Positions 63,212 to 64,000 of a DNA stretch of 64,000 nucleotides are shown one piece after another. How positions within the stretch are numbered: position 1 is the first letter of the stretch; every line of letters begins with the position of its first letter. The translations under genes and the position numbers were made by a program. The DNA is from Pseudomonadota bacterium (GTDB taxonomy: Bacteria > Pseudomonadota > Alphaproteobacteria > Rhodobacterales > Rhodobacteraceae): assembly GCA_963205235.1 (NCBI GenBank), contig CAUJIP010000026.1, forward strand, positions 8,042 to 72,041. Reading direction: 5' to 3'. The notes under the pieces were generated by a model. The model was not told the origin of the DNA, did not search any database, and saw nothing but the letters and a program-made list of their open reading frames with translations.

Positions 63212-64000
63212 TTGGGCGCCTATATCCTCCGCCGGCTTCTTCTGGTGATCCCCACGCTTCTGGGCGTGATGTTGATCAACTTCGGCTTGGTGCAATTCGT
63301 GCCGGGCGGGCCGATCGAACAGGTTCTCGCCCGGATCGAAGGGGACGGCGATTCGATCCAAAGCATCGCCGGAACCGAAGACGCCGCGATTGACGATGAA
63401 GGTTCGGGTTATGTCGGGGCGCGTGGCCTGCCGCCCGAATTCCTGGCCGAGCTTGAGGTGCAGTTCGGCTTTGCCCGGATCGTCTGCGACGAAGGCTTTG
63501 CCGGCACGCCTTCAGTAAAGGCTCCGGAATGCCGCAAAGAGGCGATCCCGGCGGCCGAACGCTTCTTCATCATGATGGGCCACTATCTGACCTTCGATTT
63601 CGGCGAAAGCTATTACCGGTCGATCCCCGTCCTTGATCTTGTGCTGGAAAAGATGCCGGTGTCGCTGACCTTGGGCCTGTGGTCGACGCTGATCGCCTAT
63701 ATGGTTTCGATCCCTCTGGGCATTCGCAAGGCAGTGCATGACGGGTCAGGCTTTGACACCTGGACCAGCGGAATCATCATCGCCGCCTATGCGATCCCGG
63801 GGTTCCTGTTCGCGATCATGCTGATGGTCGTCTTTGCCGGGGGCAGCTATTTCCAGTGGTTCCCGCTGCGCGGCCTGACCAGTGATGGCTGGGAGAACCT
63901 GTCCCTCTGGGGCAAGATCACCGACTATCTCTGGCACATCACATTGCCGGTCATAGCCCAACTGATTTCGGCTTTCGCGACACTGACCCTGCTGACCAAG
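63212..64000 (+). CDS. yejB: ABC transporter permease YejB-like (3' end outside window)
   Basis: Not in the ORF track because there is no stop in the window. A TTG start gives MGAYILRRLLLVIPTLLGVMLINFGLVQFVPGGPIEQ..., matching the E. coli YejB N-terminus MGAYLIRRLLLVIPTL as I recall it. The frame stays open to 64000. Confidence 0.8.
   Translation, partial: MGAYILRRLLLVIPTLLGVMLINFGLVQFVPGGPIEQVLARIEGDGDSIQSIAGTEDAAIDDEGSGYVGARGLPPEFLAELEVQFGFARIVCDEGFAGTPSVKAPECRKEAIPAAERFFIMMGHYLTFDFGESYYRSIPVLDLVLEKMPVSLTLGLWSTLIAYMVSIPLGIRKAVHDGSGFDTWTSGIIIAAYAIPGFLFAIMLMVVFAGGSYFQWFPLRGLTSDGWENLSLWGKITDYLWHITLPVIAQLISAFATLTLLTK

Noticed and set aside
1-64000. Search for CRISPR arrays, tRNA/rRNA genes, IS elements, integrases, phage genes, toxin-antitoxin pairs, and RTX-type T1SS substrates
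   Set aside because: By-eye inspection found no regularly spaced repeats, no cloverleaf-sized conserved intergenic blocks and no transposase or integrase motifs. No gap other than the SRP RNA gap is left unexplained above about 300 bp. A tRNAscan / Infernal / ISfinder-type scan would be needed to exclude small elements formally.

Overview
High-GC, gene-dense chromosomal DNA. Gene content and order look alphaproteobacterial and Rhodobacterales-like; this is inferred from family recognition, not from a search. I support about 66 protein-coding genes and one ncRNA. I found no tRNA, rRNA, CRISPR array, transposase, integrase or prophage genes.

Main blocks:
- fadH, rsmD and a divergent ferredoxin-reductase / peroxiredoxin pair.
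- A tight RidA / GDPD / FemAB-like (DUF482) / PCD operon, lying downstream of an orphan type I secretion ABC + HlyD pair.
- Envelope genes mlaA, an mlaC-like gene and a class A PBP.
- glnK-amtB.
- The complete cbb3 oxidase locus ccoNOQP-ccoGHIS with three FNR-type boxes. ccoS (52 codons) is missing from the ORF track.
- A DD-carboxypeptidase fused to a SPOR domain, then clpS and hemF.
- rsgA plus an intergenic SRP (4.5S) RNA with its own sigma70-like promoter.
- nudC, pheA, a membrane-anchored cytochrome c, and the start of a yejAB-type peptide ABC importer.

The least ordinary region is 39.5-47.2 kb. A secreted PPC-like protein and a signal-peptide-bearing caspase-fold (C14) protease are transcribed divergently from an HtrA-like protease, an OmpR-type response regulator, a histidine kinase and a patatin-like lipoprotein. 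I cannot match this arrangement to a named system, so it is the best candidate for something undescribed. The linkage is inference only.

Many very long ORFs in the track (up to 950 aa) are antisense artefacts of high-GC DNA and were rejected. All family assignments rest on motifs read by eye; no database search was run.
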